The translations under genes were made by a program, and so were the position numbers. Shown here piece after piece: positions 1 through 9,973 of a stretch of DNA of 64,000 bases. A model generated the notes under the pieces. The model did no database searches and was not told the origin of the DNA. It was given only the letters and a program-made list of their open reading frames with translations. Within the stretch, counting starts at the first letter, position 1, and each line of letters opens with the position of its first letter. Origin of the DNA: an uncultured bacterium (GTDB taxonomy: Bacteria; Zhuqueibacterota; QNDG01; DTFT01); the NCBI GenBank assembly GCA_963736115.1, contig CAVTNR010000012.1:64001-128000 (forward strand), given 5' to 3'.

Positions 1-1023
1 CAGAACGCCCCCGCTGCCGACCCCGGACTTCCGGGCTTCCTCCTCCAGCTTCCGGTAGATTCCGGTTTCCCGGTTCGGCTCGATTAAAAGGACATTGCGG
101 ATGAACCAGTCCGTCGAGAACGTGCCCGCCCTGAGGCTGCATTCGTAAACATATCCGTCTTCACAGCAGGCGGTCATGGTCCGGAATGCGCGAAGGAAGC
201 GGTACCGGGGGTTGTACACGCCGGCCACCACGGCCGTGCCGAGGTTGACATACGCGACCGAAGGCGACAAGGCATTGACGCCCAAACCCGCGGCCTGACC
301 GTCCCCGCCGCCCGCCGCGACGGGCGTGCCGGGCCTGAGTCCGGTCTTTTTCGAGGCTTCGGTCGTGATCCGACCGATGATCGTCCCCGGCCTGAAAGCC
401 GCAGGCAGACGGTCCGCGGACAGACCCAGCGCGGACAGGATGACGGGCGACCAGATCTTGCGCCTCGTGTCGAACAGGCCCAACGGATCCGCGGCCGCCC
501 AGCTGGTCGCGAAAACGCCGGTCAGCCGACGCACCAGCCAGGACTGCACGTCGCAGAACATCGCGGTCCTGCGGAACCGGCCGGGTTCGTGTTTTTTCAT
601 CCAGGCCAGGCGGTATACGACCGGCGCGTAATCGACCGGCTTTCCGGTGATGCGGTGCAGAACGGCCGGCCCGACAACCCGGCTGAAAGGCCCGACGACG
701 TCCCTGCAGCGCTCATCGAGCCACACAATGGCCGGCCTTACCGGCCTGTCCGAACGATCCAGGGCGACGAATGTCTCCCGCTGATTGGAAATGGCCAGTG
801 CCTCTATACGGTCCGGACCGACTTCTCGGCACACCCCCGCGAGAGCCCCGGCCGCGGAAGCCCACCAGTCCTCCGGATCCTGCTCATACGCGCCCGGAAC
901 CGGCGAGGACAGCGCAATGGGACGGCTGGCCCGGCTGACGATACGGCCCTTCGCGTCAAATGCGATGACCTTGGTCGCCGTGGTGCTGGAATCCAGGCCT
1001 ATAACCAGACCGCATTTTTTCAT
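1..1023 (-). CDS. FGGY-family carbohydrate kinase (xylulokinase-like), runs off the left window edge
   Basis: Hand translation from the ATG at 1023 gives MKKCGLVIGLDSSTTATKVIAFDAKG, the FGGY N-terminal phosphate-1 motif. Not in the ORF track because it has no stop in the window. Confidence 0.85.
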   Translation of the reverse strand, partial: MKKCGLVIGLDSSTTATKVIAFDAKGRIVSRASRPIALSSPVPGAYEQDPEDWWASAAGALAGVCREVGPDRIEALAISNQRETFVALDRSDRPVRPAIVWLDERCRDVVGPFSRVVGPAVLHRITGKPVDYAPVVYRLAWMKKHEPGRFRRTAMFCDVQSWLVRRLTGVFATSWAAADPLGLFDTRRKIWSPVILSALGLSADRLPAAFRPGTIIGRITTEASKKTGLRPGTPVAAGGGDGQAAGLGVNALSPSVAYVNLGTAVVAGVYNPRYRFLRAFRTMTACCEDGYVYECSLRAGTFSTDWFIRNVLLIEPNRETGIYRKLEEEARKSGVGSGGVL

Positions 1024-1037
1024 GGACACTTTCCCGC

Positions 1038-2096
1038 TCACGGCCGGCCTTCCCCTTCCCTGTCGATGCGGATCATGGCTTTCATGACTCCGTCCGTGTA
1101 TCCGGCCGCGGTTTCGAATGCGTCCGCGGTTTGCGCCAGCGGAAAAATATGCGTCGCCATGGCGTCCATGTCGACTCTGCGGCTTTCCAGCAGGTCGAGC
1201 GCCTTTTCCGTGCACCCGGCTTGCCGGCGGATGTTCAGAAGGGTGATTTCCTTCCGCCTCAGTTCGTGTATGGGCAGAGTGAGCGCGTCCGATTCCGGAA
1301 TGCCGATCTGCACGAGCGTGCCTCCGGGCTTGAGCAGACGAACCGCCTGGCTGACGGCTTCCGGATCTCCGGAACACTCAAAGACCACGTCCAGTTGAAG
1401 CGGCTCAAGCCGCAGGATTTCATCCACCGCGTCGGGATTGTCCGGAAAGCCCGCCCATTTCGGATTGAGTGCGGCCGCGAAACCGAGCCGCGATTCGATT
1501 CTGTCCGTGATGTACAGAGCGCCGGCATTCCGTGTCCGGAGCACGTGGAGCACGGACATCCCGATGGGACCCGCGCCCAGCACAGCGGCCGAACCGCCTT
1601 CAGGGAGACGGGATTTTTCAACCGAATACACGGCAATGGCCAGCGGCTCGGACAGAACCGCGCGTTCAAAGGAGGTTCCGCCCCCGACCGGGAAACAACA
1701 GGTCTCGGGAAGCACGGCGAATTCGCGGAGCGCTCCGTCCAGCTGTTTCGGACATCCGACGAACAGCAGATTTCTGCAGGTGTTCTCACGACCGGACCGG
1801 CACTGGTCGCACCGGCCACATGCCGCGGTCGGATCGATGGCCACGCGCTGTCCGGCCTTCACCCGGGTGACGGCCTTTCCGGTCCGTTCGACCGTTCCCG
1901 CGGCCTCATGCCCGAGGATGAACGGGAACTCGATGACCTGATGCCCGATCCGTCCGGTTCTGTAGTAATGGACGTCCGAACCGCAGACGCCCACCATCCG
2001 GATGCGGACGAGCACGTCGGTGTCATTCACGATTTCAGGATCCGGGATGTCCCGGATTTCGAATTTCCGGATGGCCGTTAAAAATGCAGCCCTCAT
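1038..2096 (-). CDS. Zn-dependent alcohol/polyol dehydrogenase (sorbitol/L-iditol DH-like)
   Basis: GVCGSD, GHE, structural-zinc CGRCDQCRSGRENTC and GAGPIG Rossmann motifs. Confidence 0.9.
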   Translation of the reverse strand: MRAAFLTAIRKFEIRDIPDPEIVNDTDVLVRIRMVGVCGSDVHYYRTGRIGHQVIEFPFILGHEAAGTVERTGKAVTRVKAGQRVAIDPTAACGRCDQCRSGRENTCRNLLFVGCPKQLDGALREFAVLPETCCFPVGGGTSFERAVLSEPLAIAVYSVEKSRLPEGGSAAVLGAGPIGMSVLHVLRTRNAGALYITDRIESRLGFAAALNPKWAGFPDNPDAVDEILRLEPLQLDVVFECSGDPEAVSQAVRLLKPGGTLVQIGIPESDALTLPIHELRRKEITLLNIRRQAGCTEKALDLLESRRVDMDAMATHIFPLAQTADAFETAAGYTDGVMKAMIRIDREGEGRP

Positions 2097-2097
2097 G

Positions 2098-3099
2098 TCA
2101 TTCGCCTCGTTTTAGGGACGACACCGCGGGTAAATCCCCGGAGTCCCAGGGGGACTCCCCGGGGTTATCGGATTTGAAGACCTCCCCTTCATCCGTGACC
2201 AGAATGGCCTGCACGTCCGGATGCGTCCGGCAGAAGGAAAGCACAGCCTCCGGTTCCATGACCATGAAAGCCGTGGACAGACCATCCGCAGTCGCCGCGT
2301 CGTCCGCGAAAGCCCAGGCCGCAATACGCGACTGGGCCGGATGCCCGGTGCGCGGGTCAATGATATGCAGTCCCTTCTCCAGGCCGGACGCGGCCATGGC
2401 TCTTTCGCTCAGCTCCATGCGTCGGATGAGGCCGGCTGTCTCCGCCTCCGGGACAGGGAAATCCGGAACACCGGCTGGTCGGCGCAAAGTGACGGGCCAG
2501 CCGGACAATCCTTCGGGCCTGCCGGTCGCGACCACCGCGCTCTGACCGCCGTGCACCAGTACATCGGCGATGTCCCATTCTTTCAGAACATCGATCATGC
2601 GGTCCACCGCGTATCCCTTGCCGATGCCGCCGAGATCCAGAAGGGCGCGGCTCAAGACGCGGACCTCAAATGTGTCTCTGTTCAGAACAAGGCGGGGAGA
2701 ATCCGCAATCCGGTTTGGAGAATCGGACGATTCCTCATCCGGTTCTTCCCCGCCGCTTCCGGCCGTGACGTCAAATGCGCCTCCGGTCATCGCCTGTATC
2801 TCCAGGCCGCGGCGGATACATTCGTATGTATCCGCGCAGACGCGCACGGACGCGCCGGCCTCAAGCTTGTTGATGCGCGACACATCGCTGTTCGGAATAA
2901 ATCGGCTGAATTCCAATTCGAGATTTTCCGCCGTCCTGAACGCCTCATGCGCGGCCTGCTCCGCAACCGCAGGATCCGGCCCTGGCGCCAGAATCACCTC
3001 AAAAGCTGTGTGCATGAGATCCCGTCGGAAGCGAAGGAGTCCCTTGATTCCGGAGAAGCGGGTCATGGCACCGGTACTGTTCGTAAAATCAGGGGTCAT
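2098..3099 (-). CDS. apbE: FAD:protein FMN transferase (ApbE family)
   Basis: SRFIPNSDVSRIN, GGAFDVT, DLGGIGKGYAVD, HIIDPRTG and ADGLSTA motifs. Start at 3099 overlaps the upstream stop (ATGA). Confidence 0.9.
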   Translation of the reverse strand: MTPDFTNSTGAMTRFSGIKGLLRFRRDLMHTAFEVILAPGPDPAVAEQAAHEAFRTAENLELEFSRFIPNSDVSRINKLEAGASVRVCADTYECIRRGLEIQAMTGGAFDVTAGSGGEEPDEESSDSPNRIADSPRLVLNRDTFEVRVLSRALLDLGGIGKGYAVDRMIDVLKEWDIADVLVHGGQSAVVATGRPEGLSGWPVTLRRPAGVPDFPVPEAETAGLIRRMELSERAMAASGLEKGLHIIDPRTGHPAQSRIAAWAFADDAATADGLSTAFMVMEPEAVLSFCRTHPDVQAILVTDEGEVFKSDNPGESPWDSGDLPAVSSLKRGE

Positions 3100-4727
3100 C
3101 GGGTCATGCGGTCCGCGACATCCTTCCGCGCCCATCCTTCGACCGCAACCCCGGGCCTGATCTCCATGGGTCTGTCGAAGAGCGGCACGAAGAGAAAGCG
3201 CTCACCGGGAGGAGGGGTTTCGATCAGCCAGTGCCCGAGCCTGTCCCTCTGTTCAGGGACCGATAGAACGACTGCCGGCCTGGAAGCGGCCGCGTCCACG
3301 GTGTCGCGCCATGCGACCGCGTTCAGCCGGCGCAGGGACCAGGGCAGGGGCCAGTATCCGTGTTCCGGCACGATTACATCGACACGAAGTTCCCGGCCTT
3401 CAGGAGACGCGTCAGCCGCGGCCATGACGGATTCGGACAGGATATCGAGGTCCTCACCGGGGTGGCTGTACACATACGGGTTTCTGGGATCGGAGTCAAA
3501 AGCCGTGACCGCCAAAAGGGACTGGCGGAGCAGAAAAACCGCTGAAGCCGCAAAAGCGAGAAACGCGGCATTTCTCCGCACGGGTCCGGAGAACCGGCGC
3601 AGCAGATGACCGAGCCCCATCCCGGCCAGGATCATCCATCCGCCCCAGAACAGGAGCAGGTTCCACGGCGTTTTGTACGGGATCATACTCACCGCAACCG
3701 TCAGGAAAACCGTGAACAGAACGAGAAAACGGGACGCCGCTCTCTCGGGCGCACGGAGCTGCTTTCCGCCTGAGCCGAAAACGGACGCGATTCCAATGAA
3801 GCCGAAAATCAGGACCGGCGCCTCGGACCACACGGGACCGGTTCGCGCTTTCCACCATCCCAGAATGTGGAAGTAATAAAACCAGGGATGAAGGTGCTTG
3901 GACTCCCCGGCGCGGCTGAAATAGGCGCCGTACGCCAGCAGGGAATCGCGTATGCCGGCGGGATGACTGAAAAACGAAGAGAAGAAAAGGCCGGAAACAA
4001 AGGCGGCGCAGGCCAGGCCGGCCGCGGCATGCGCCCAGTTCGGTTTCGGACGATCCGCCGCCTTTCCCCGTCCGAAGAACAAAAGGATGAGCCCCGCGGC
4101 TGCCGCGGCGGCCCAGGCGATCACGCAGGTTTCCTTGGTCGCGTGCATCAGGCCGGCGCAGAGCCCCGCGGCAGCGGCCCATGCAAAAGATGGACGCAGG
4201 CTGTAGCGGACCACGCACGTGACCAGGCCCGCGGCAAAGAACAGAAGAAGGGATTCCTGGATGTAATAGCGGCTGTAGAAGACGAGAGACGGGGAAACAG
4301 CCGCGAACAGCATTGCGCCGAGAACGGCTGTTCTGCCGATGACCGGAATCAGGAGGAGCATCCACAGCAGGAGCGCGGTTCCGAAAAAAGCGGGAACGAA
4401 ACGGAGCGTTTGTTCGGTCAGATCCTCGAATTTTCTCTGTCCGGACAAAAGCGCGGGAACGAGCGTCAAATAATTGAGCGTGGGGCCGTGGTACTCCTGC
4501 GGGTCATAGGCGTACCCGCGGCCTTCGAGCAGACCGCCGAACTTGACCGCGTGCACGGCCTCGTCCGTGTGCATGGGCCTGCCTGCCAGGCCCGCGAAAC
4601 GCAGGCCCGCGGCAAGGCCGATCGCCAGCAGGACAGCGGCAATTGTTTTTTTCGGATCCGGCAATGTCCGCCCGCGAGGGGGGCGCCGGGCCGCCGCCGG
4701 CCGCGCGCCCCGCTCCGAAACCGGCAC
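3096..4727 (-). CDS. GT-C membrane glycosyltransferase-like protein (TIGR03663/PMT_2-like)
   Basis: RPMHTDEAVH, YHGPTLNY, YSRYYIQE, ATKET and PYKTPW motifs, multiple TM helices. Confidence 0.75.
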   Translation of the reverse strand: MPVSERGARPAAARRPPRGRTLPDPKKTIAAVLLAIGLAAGLRFAGLAGRPMHTDEAVHAVKFGGLLEGRGYAYDPQEYHGPTLNYLTLVPALLSGQRKFEDLTEQTLRFVPAFFGTALLLWMLLLIPVIGRTAVLGAMLFAAVSPSLVFYSRYYIQESLLLFFAAGLVTCVVRYSLRPSFAWAAAAGLCAGLMHATKETCVIAWAAAAAAGLILLFFGRGKAADRPKPNWAHAAAGLACAAFVSGLFFSSFFSHPAGIRDSLLAYGAYFSRAGESKHLHPWFYYFHILGWWKARTGPVWSEAPVLIFGFIGIASVFGSGGKQLRAPERAASRFLVLFTVFLTVAVSMIPYKTPWNLLLFWGGWMILAGMGLGHLLRRFSGPVRRNAAFLAFAASAVFLLRQSLLAVTAFDSDPRNPYVYSHPGEDLDILSESVMAAADASPEGRELRVDVIVPEHGYWPLPWSLRRLNAVAWRDTVDAAASRPAVVLSVPEQRDRLGHWLIETPPPGERFLFVPLFDRPMEIRPGVAVEGWARKDVADRMTR

Positions 4728-4730
4728 GCC

Positions 4731-5411
4731 TCACTTCAGGGGCTTGCCGTACACTTCCACTTCAATGAAGTGGTTCAGTTCATTGTTGTTGTTGCCGCAG
4801 GAGTGAAGCCGCACGTACCGGGCCTTCACGCCCTTCGCGTCAATGAGCCTGCCCTCGGAAGTCTCGACGTAGTTCTTGTCGGTTCCTGCGCCGAGCTTCA
4901 GCGAGTTGTTGACGTCGTTGTTGAACAGCGTGTGGATGCCCTTCGTGAACGCCGCGTCCTCCGCGGTCTGGACGACCACGTCGAAATACACGCGCGGCTG
5001 CTGGTGAAAGTGCCAGACGACCACGGCGTAGAGCGTGCTCACGGCGCCGAGATCCACGGTGACGTGCTGGTGCATGGGGCCCAGTTCGACGTAACTGCCG
5101 TCCGCGCCCTCCTTGTCGCCGTCCGTGATCTGGCTGATCTCTCCGATGATGGGCGCGTCATCCGTGCTGATGACGGGCTTGTTCAACGCCAGGTTCCGCG
5201 TGCCCGCGGGCGCGAGAAAGGCCGGCCTGGGGCCGCCGGCCGGCTTTTCCAGGTTCGGCACGCGCAGGTTCTGCGGCGTGCCCACGAACATGGGCTTTGG
5301 CAGTTTGATGTCCAGCGGCTTGAGCGCCTGGCCGGACACGGGCACGGCGCATGCCGCGGTCGCGAACAGGGCGGCCGCGACCCACCCGGGGAAACGGATG
5401 CGTTTCTTCAT
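4731..5411 (-). CDS. Secreted discoidin/F5-8 type C (galactose-binding-like) domain protein
   Basis: Signal peptide MKKRIRF..., NLALNKPV, ITDGD, VDLG, ARYVRL and EVEVYG motifs. ATG overlaps the DoxX stop. Confidence 0.7.
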   Translation of the reverse strand: MKKRIRFPGWVAAALFATAACAVPVSGQALKPLDIKLPKPMFVGTPQNLRVPNLEKPAGGPRPAFLAPAGTRNLALNKPVISTDDAPIIGEISQITDGDKEGADGSYVELGPMHQHVTVDLGAVSTLYAVVVWHFHQQPRVYFDVVVQTAEDAAFTKGIHTLFNNDVNNSLKLGAGTDKNYVETSEGRLIDAKGVKARYVRLHSCGNNNNELNHFIEVEVYGKPLK

Positions 5412-5941
5412 GACTTCGGACTCCTTTTCCGGAACCAGTGCGCGAGCAGGCGGTCCAATCCGGCGAAACGCCCCGTGGACGTCACCGCGATGACGAGCAG
5501 GGCCGCGAGCTCGACGATATTCTTGTTCACGACGAGGTAATTCCCCTCCATGGGAATGCTGTAGTAAAGCCCGGGCAGGGGCGGATTGCACACGTAGTAC
5601 AGGAGGATGAGGAGCATGCCCGCGCAGGCCGCGAGTCGCGTGAACGCGCCGGCAATGAGGCCCAGGCCGACGGCGATGAGGCCCCATATATTCATGGCAT
5701 TGACGACCGCCAGCACGTCCGGTGTGTTCGCCATCCACTTGAAGACCGGGGCCAGCAGCCACTTCGACTGGAGCAGGTATCCGGCCGCGGACCAGTTCGC
5801 CTTGAGCAATTTGGCCAGTCCCTCATAGAGGAAGTGCCATCCGATCGCGACGCGCATCACGGTCAGCGCAATGAGCGTCAGCCGGTCGCCCGAAGCGTTT
5901 TCGTCCCGGACCTGGTGCGGGATGCGGGTGAAGGGGGCCAT
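5408..5941 (-). CDS. DoxX family membrane protein
   Basis: RVAIGWHFLYEGLAK and VVNKNIVE motifs, four TM helices. Confidence 0.85.
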   Translation of the reverse strand: MAPFTRIPHQVRDENASGDRLTLIALTVMRVAIGWHFLYEGLAKLLKANWSAAGYLLQSKWLLAPVFKWMANTPDVLAVVNAMNIWGLIAVGLGLIAGAFTRLAACAGMLLILLYYVCNPPLPGLYYSIPMEGNYLVVNKNIVELAALLVIAVTSTGRFAGLDRLLAHWFRKRSPKS

Positions 5942-5942
5942 G

Positions 5943-7370
5943 TCAGACCTCGAATTCTTTGGGATCGAATGTGAGCCGCCGCGCCGCCTCGACCGAGGCG
6001 TTCACCTTCAGCACCGTCACCGCGCATTCGTAACCGGCTTCTCCGGGACAGTTCAGGACCGCGTTTCCGCGCACCGCGTCGAAAAAATTTTCGAGATGCG
6101 GCTTGTGATAGGGGTCCGTGAATTCAACCGGCAGGCCGTATTTCTCCGGGGACACGGTTTCACGCACGTCGAGCACGGCGGCGTCCGCGGCCGGGTCCTC
6201 AGCCAGCACGGGCGCGGTCACGATGCCCCGCCGCACCCATTCGTCCCATGCCGGGGCGGACGGCTCGCGGTACACGGCGCCGCGGTTCGCGGACTCGGAG
6301 ATCAGCAAAGTGCCCGTGTCGCCCATGAAATTCTCGAAATACCCCTGGCTGGAATTCGTGGTCTGGGTCTGGTAGAACGCGCGCGTCCTTCCGGCCGGGG
6401 TTTCGTACTCGTACACGGCCATGACCGTGTCGTACCACTCGTGCGTGGACGCTGGATAGTAATCAATGCCCCCGTTGGCCGTGACCGCGACGGGCCGGCT
6501 GCCGAGAAACCAGTTGTAGATGTCGATCTGATGCGATCCGAGATCCACGATGGGCCCGCCGCCCAGCCCCTTGTACCAGCGCCAGTTGCGGAACTGGGCC
6601 ATGGACTGAAAGCCGTACCGTTTGAGCCGGTCCGCGGGCATGGCGTACCGCGCCGGCCATCCGAGGTCCGGCTGGGCGGACCGGTTCCACTGACCGCCCA
6701 CAGTGGCGATGCGGCCGATCATGCCGGCCTCGCCGAGAATGCGCTCGCGGCAGTGGATGTAGCGGGGATTGCTCCTCCGCTGGTGGCCGATCTGGAGCAG
6801 GCGCTTCGTCTCGCGGCCGGCCACGACCATGCGCCTGGCGCCCTCAAGCGTGTTCGACATTTCCTTTTCGCAGTACACATGCAGGCCGGCCTTCATGCAA
6901 TCGACCGCGTGACGGCTGTGCCAGAAGTCCGGCGTGGCGATAACCACCGCGTCCAGGTCCTTTTCGCGGGCCAGCATGTCCTCGTGGTTCTCGTAGGCGT
7001 TCGGGTTGTGCTTGTACTTGCGGAGCAGGTTCACGGTTTTCTTCCGGTTGTACTCCGTCCAGATGTCGCACACGGCCCTGAACCGGAGACCCGGTATCTT
7101 GAGCATGGCATTGAGAAGCACCTCTCCCTGGGCGCCTGCGCCGAGCAAGGCCACGTTGAGATCCGAAACGCTTCCGGCCCGGGGTTTTGCGGTCCCGGCC
7201 GCTTTGGTTTTCTGCTTTTTGTCGAAGCGTTCCTGTTGGACCACGGCCGCGCCGAAAAGCCCCAGCACGGGCAAAGTGGACAGGCCCTGCAGAAAGTCCC
7301 GTCTGCCGAGCTTTCTCCCCTCCCCCGGCTTGGGTTCTTCCCGTTTCGGTTCTTTTTTCTCTTCTGTCAT
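5943..7370 (-). CDS. Tat-exported Gfo/Idh/MocA oxidoreductase
   Basis: GRRDFL twin-arginine motif, GAGAQG, ATPDFWH, HVYCEK and DLGSHQID motifs. Confidence 0.9.
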   Translation of the reverse strand: MTEEKKEPKREEPKPGEGRKLGRRDFLQGLSTLPVLGLFGAAVVQQERFDKKQKTKAAGTAKPRAGSVSDLNVALLGAGAQGEVLLNAMLKIPGLRFRAVCDIWTEYNRKKTVNLLRKYKHNPNAYENHEDMLAREKDLDAVVIATPDFWHSRHAVDCMKAGLHVYCEKEMSNTLEGARRMVVAGRETKRLLQIGHQRRSNPRYIHCRERILGEAGMIGRIATVGGQWNRSAQPDLGWPARYAMPADRLKRYGFQSMAQFRNWRWYKGLGGGPIVDLGSHQIDIYNWFLGSRPVAVTANGGIDYYPASTHEWYDTVMAVYEYETPAGRTRAFYQTQTTNSSQGYFENFMGDTGTLLISESANRGAVYREPSAPAWDEWVRRGIVTAPVLAEDPAADAAVLDVRETVSPEKYGLPVEFTDPYHKPHLENFFDAVRGNAVLNCPGEAGYECAVTVLKVNASVEAARRLTFDPKEFEV

Positions 7371-7432
7371 GCCGCGCCCCCGCTGATCGGATTTCCGTTC
7401 GCCTGCGCCGGTACCGGCCTGATGGTCGTAAA

Positions 7433-7461
7433 AAAGTAGCTTTTTTCGGGATAAGAAGCAA
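7433..7461 (-). promoter_or_regulatory. Putative sigma70 promoter of the oxidoreductase operon
   Basis: Minus strand TTGCTT-N17-TACTTT about 60 bp upstream of the 7370 start. Confidence 0.45.
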
Positions 7462-7494
7462 GCGCTAAAACCCGGCCGGCCTTCACTGTGCCGC

Positions 7495-7523
7495 TTGCTA
7501 TTTTCGGCGAGATTGGTTACTTT
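7495..7523 (+). promoter_or_regulatory. Putative sigma70 promoter of the SSS symporter (divergent pair)
   Basis: TTGCTA-N17-TACTTT. Confidence 0.45.
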
Positions 7524-7551
7524 ATGAAAGGCTACTATCGGACGTCTCGAA

Positions 7552-7584
7552 AGTTCCGTGTTCCGAGTTCAGAGTTCCGGGTTG
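7552..7584 (+). repeat. Short tandem heptamer array (AGTTCCG-like)
   Basis: AGTTCCG TGTTCCG AGTTCAG AGTTCCG GGTT. An inverted counterpart lies at 9745-9778. Confidence 0.55.
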
Positions 7585-7668
7585 AAAATCGAGGGATGGG
7601 GTCATCTTTCTCCGTGTAACTCCTTGTCTTTTTCCGTGGTGTTTTTATTTATTCAAGGATTTCAAACC

Positions 7669-9472
7669 ATGCACTTCCAGCCCCTGGACTGGGTCATACT
7701 CGCCGCCTCCCTGGTGGTCTGCTTCGTGCCCTCTCTGTTTTTCGCCCGAAGAGCCGGCCGGAGCACGTCCGAATTCTTCGCCTCGGGCCGGTCCGTGCCC
7801 TGGTGGCTGGCCGGCTTCTCCATGGTGGCCACGACTTTCTCGAGCGACACGCCCAACCTGGTCACGGACATCGTGCGCCGCAGCGGCGTGGCCGGAAACT
7901 GGGTCTGGTGGGCCTTCACGCTCACAGGCGTGGCCACGGTGTTCTTCTACGCCCGGCTGTGGCGCAGGTCGGGCGTGCTGACCGACCTGGAATTCTACGA
8001 AATCCGCTATTCCGGCCGCGCCGCCGGTGCCGTTCGGGGGTTCCGCGCCGTGTACCTCGGCCTGTTCTTCAACTGCATGATTCTCGCGACCGTGAACCTC
8101 GCCGCGTGTAAGATCGCGGGCATTCTCTTCGGCCTGCCCCGCTGGCAGACCCTCATCGCCGTGGGGATTCTGAACGTCGCATTCGCCGCGCACTCCGGGC
8201 TCTGGGGCGTACTCGTCATCGACATGATACAGTTCGTTGTCATGATGACGGCCGTGATCGCGGCCGCGGTATTCGCCGTGCGCCTGCCCCAGGTCGGCGG
8301 CCTGGAGGGTCTCATGGAAAAAGTGTCCGCCCTTCAGGGTCCGGGCGGCATCCATTTTTTAAACCTGCTCCCGGATTTCCGGAACAATATGGACATGGCT
8401 GTGGCCGTGTTCATCGTGCCCCTGGCCGTGCAGTGGTGGGCGGTCTGGTACCCGGGTTCGGAGCCGGGCGGCGGGAGCTACATCGCCCAGCGCATGCTCG
8501 CGTCAAAATCGGAAAAGGATTCGCTCGGCGCCGTATTGTTCTTCAACGTGGCGCATTACGTCCTCCGTCCGTGGCCGTGGATACTGGTGGCATTGGCCTC
8601 CCTGATCGTCTACCCGCAATTGTCGGACATACAGGCCGCATTTCCCGGCCTGGATCCCCGCCTGCTGGGGCACGATATCGCTTATCCCGCCATGCTGGTC
8701 TTTCTCCCCGCCGGTTTCGTCGGCCTGATGGTGGGCGGTCTCATCGCGGCCACCTCATCCACCGTGCTCACCCATCTGAATCTGGGGCGCCTCGTACCTC
8801 GTGCATGATTTCTACCGCAGGTTTATTCGAAGGGATGCCACTGAGAAGCATTACGTTGCGGCCGGCCGCGCCGCGACCGCGGGGCTTTTCCTCGCCGCGT
8901 CCGGCCTGGTCTTTCTGCTCGACACGGCCAAGGACGCGTTCGACCTCATCCTGCAGATCGGCGCGGGAACCGGCTTGCTCTATCTGGTCCGGTGGTTCTG
9001 GTGGCGGGTCACCGCCTGGGCCGAGATCGCGGCCATGACCGCGTCATTCGCGGTTTCCGTCTTTCTCCTGATCCTTCGGAGAAACGGCATTCTGCTTCCA
9101 ACACATGCCGGCCTGCTCATCACCGTGGCCTTCACCACGGTGTGCTGGATGCTCACCGTTTATCTCGGACCGAAAACGGACAGAAGAACCCTGATTTCAT
9201 TCTATCAGAAAGTTCGTCCAGCCGGACCCGGATGGACGGCCATCCGGAAAGAGGCGGGAATCACTGAGGCGGATGCGGCAGGCGGAGGGGAAAGCCTGCC
9301 GATGGTCCTGCTCGGCTGGGCCGCGGGATGCTCTACGATATGGTCCGCGTTGTTCACGGTGGGAAATTTTCTGTACGGGAGATGGGCGTGGGGATTCGGC
9401 CTGCTCGCGTGGTCCGCTGTGAGCGCGCTGGTTCTGGTGAAGTGCCTGAACAGTCTGTGGAGGAAGTTGTAA
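7669..9472 (+). CDS. Sodium:solute symporter (SSS family), split by a +1 frameshift near 8781
   Basis: FFASGRSVPWW, SMVATTFSSDTP and YIAQRML motifs. Removing one base in AAT-C-TGG restores THLNWGASYLVHDFY and joins ORFs 7558-8808 and 8801-9472. Confidence 0.85.
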
Positions 9473-9744
9473 GTCTGATACGCCCCTTCGGGGCGCGAGC
9501 ATTTTCTCAGCGAGGCTTTCGGACATTTTTTGTCCAGGGTTCCGAGGACTATCGATTTCCCTTTGGCCGAAAGACCCGCATGAGGATGCGGGCCTTCAAT
9601 AACGAATAAATCACATTGCTTGGTCCGGCAAAACCGGACCTTCAATAATCAATCATTATTTGGATAAATGGGTCCGCGAAGTGGACCATTTCGGACCTAC
9701 AACTCTTTTCGGAACTGCAGCTTCCACGCTCCGGGCTGGGCGGG

Positions 9745-9778
9745 GAACTATGAACCATGAACTCGGAACTATGAACTT
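9745..9778 (-). repeat. Short tandem heptamer array (GAACTAT-like), inverted relative to 7552-7584
   Basis: GAACTAT GAACCAT GAACTCG GAACTAT GAACTT. Confidence 0.55.
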
Positions 9779-9879
9779 CTTTTCATTTTTTTCCCCTTGC
9801 CTTTTTCGAAAAATGTCGTAATATTAGGTTGTTAAAAAACAACGTTTTACTAAACGAACCGCCTGCTGTTAAACCGGTT

Positions 9880-9891
9880 TACACACACGGT
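9880..9891. promoter_or_regulatory. LacI-family-like operator palindrome upstream of USP-uxaC-uxaE
   Basis: Perfect palindrome TAAACCGGTTTA with a central CG, downstream of a TTGCCT...TAATAT promoter-like element near 9797. Confidence 0.45.
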
Positions 9892-9973
9892 GTTACGCCG
9901 CACACAGCTCGGGTTCCTCAGTCCCCGAAATCCGTTTCCATCCGATTGATCGGCATCAATAGGGAGCCATTCC

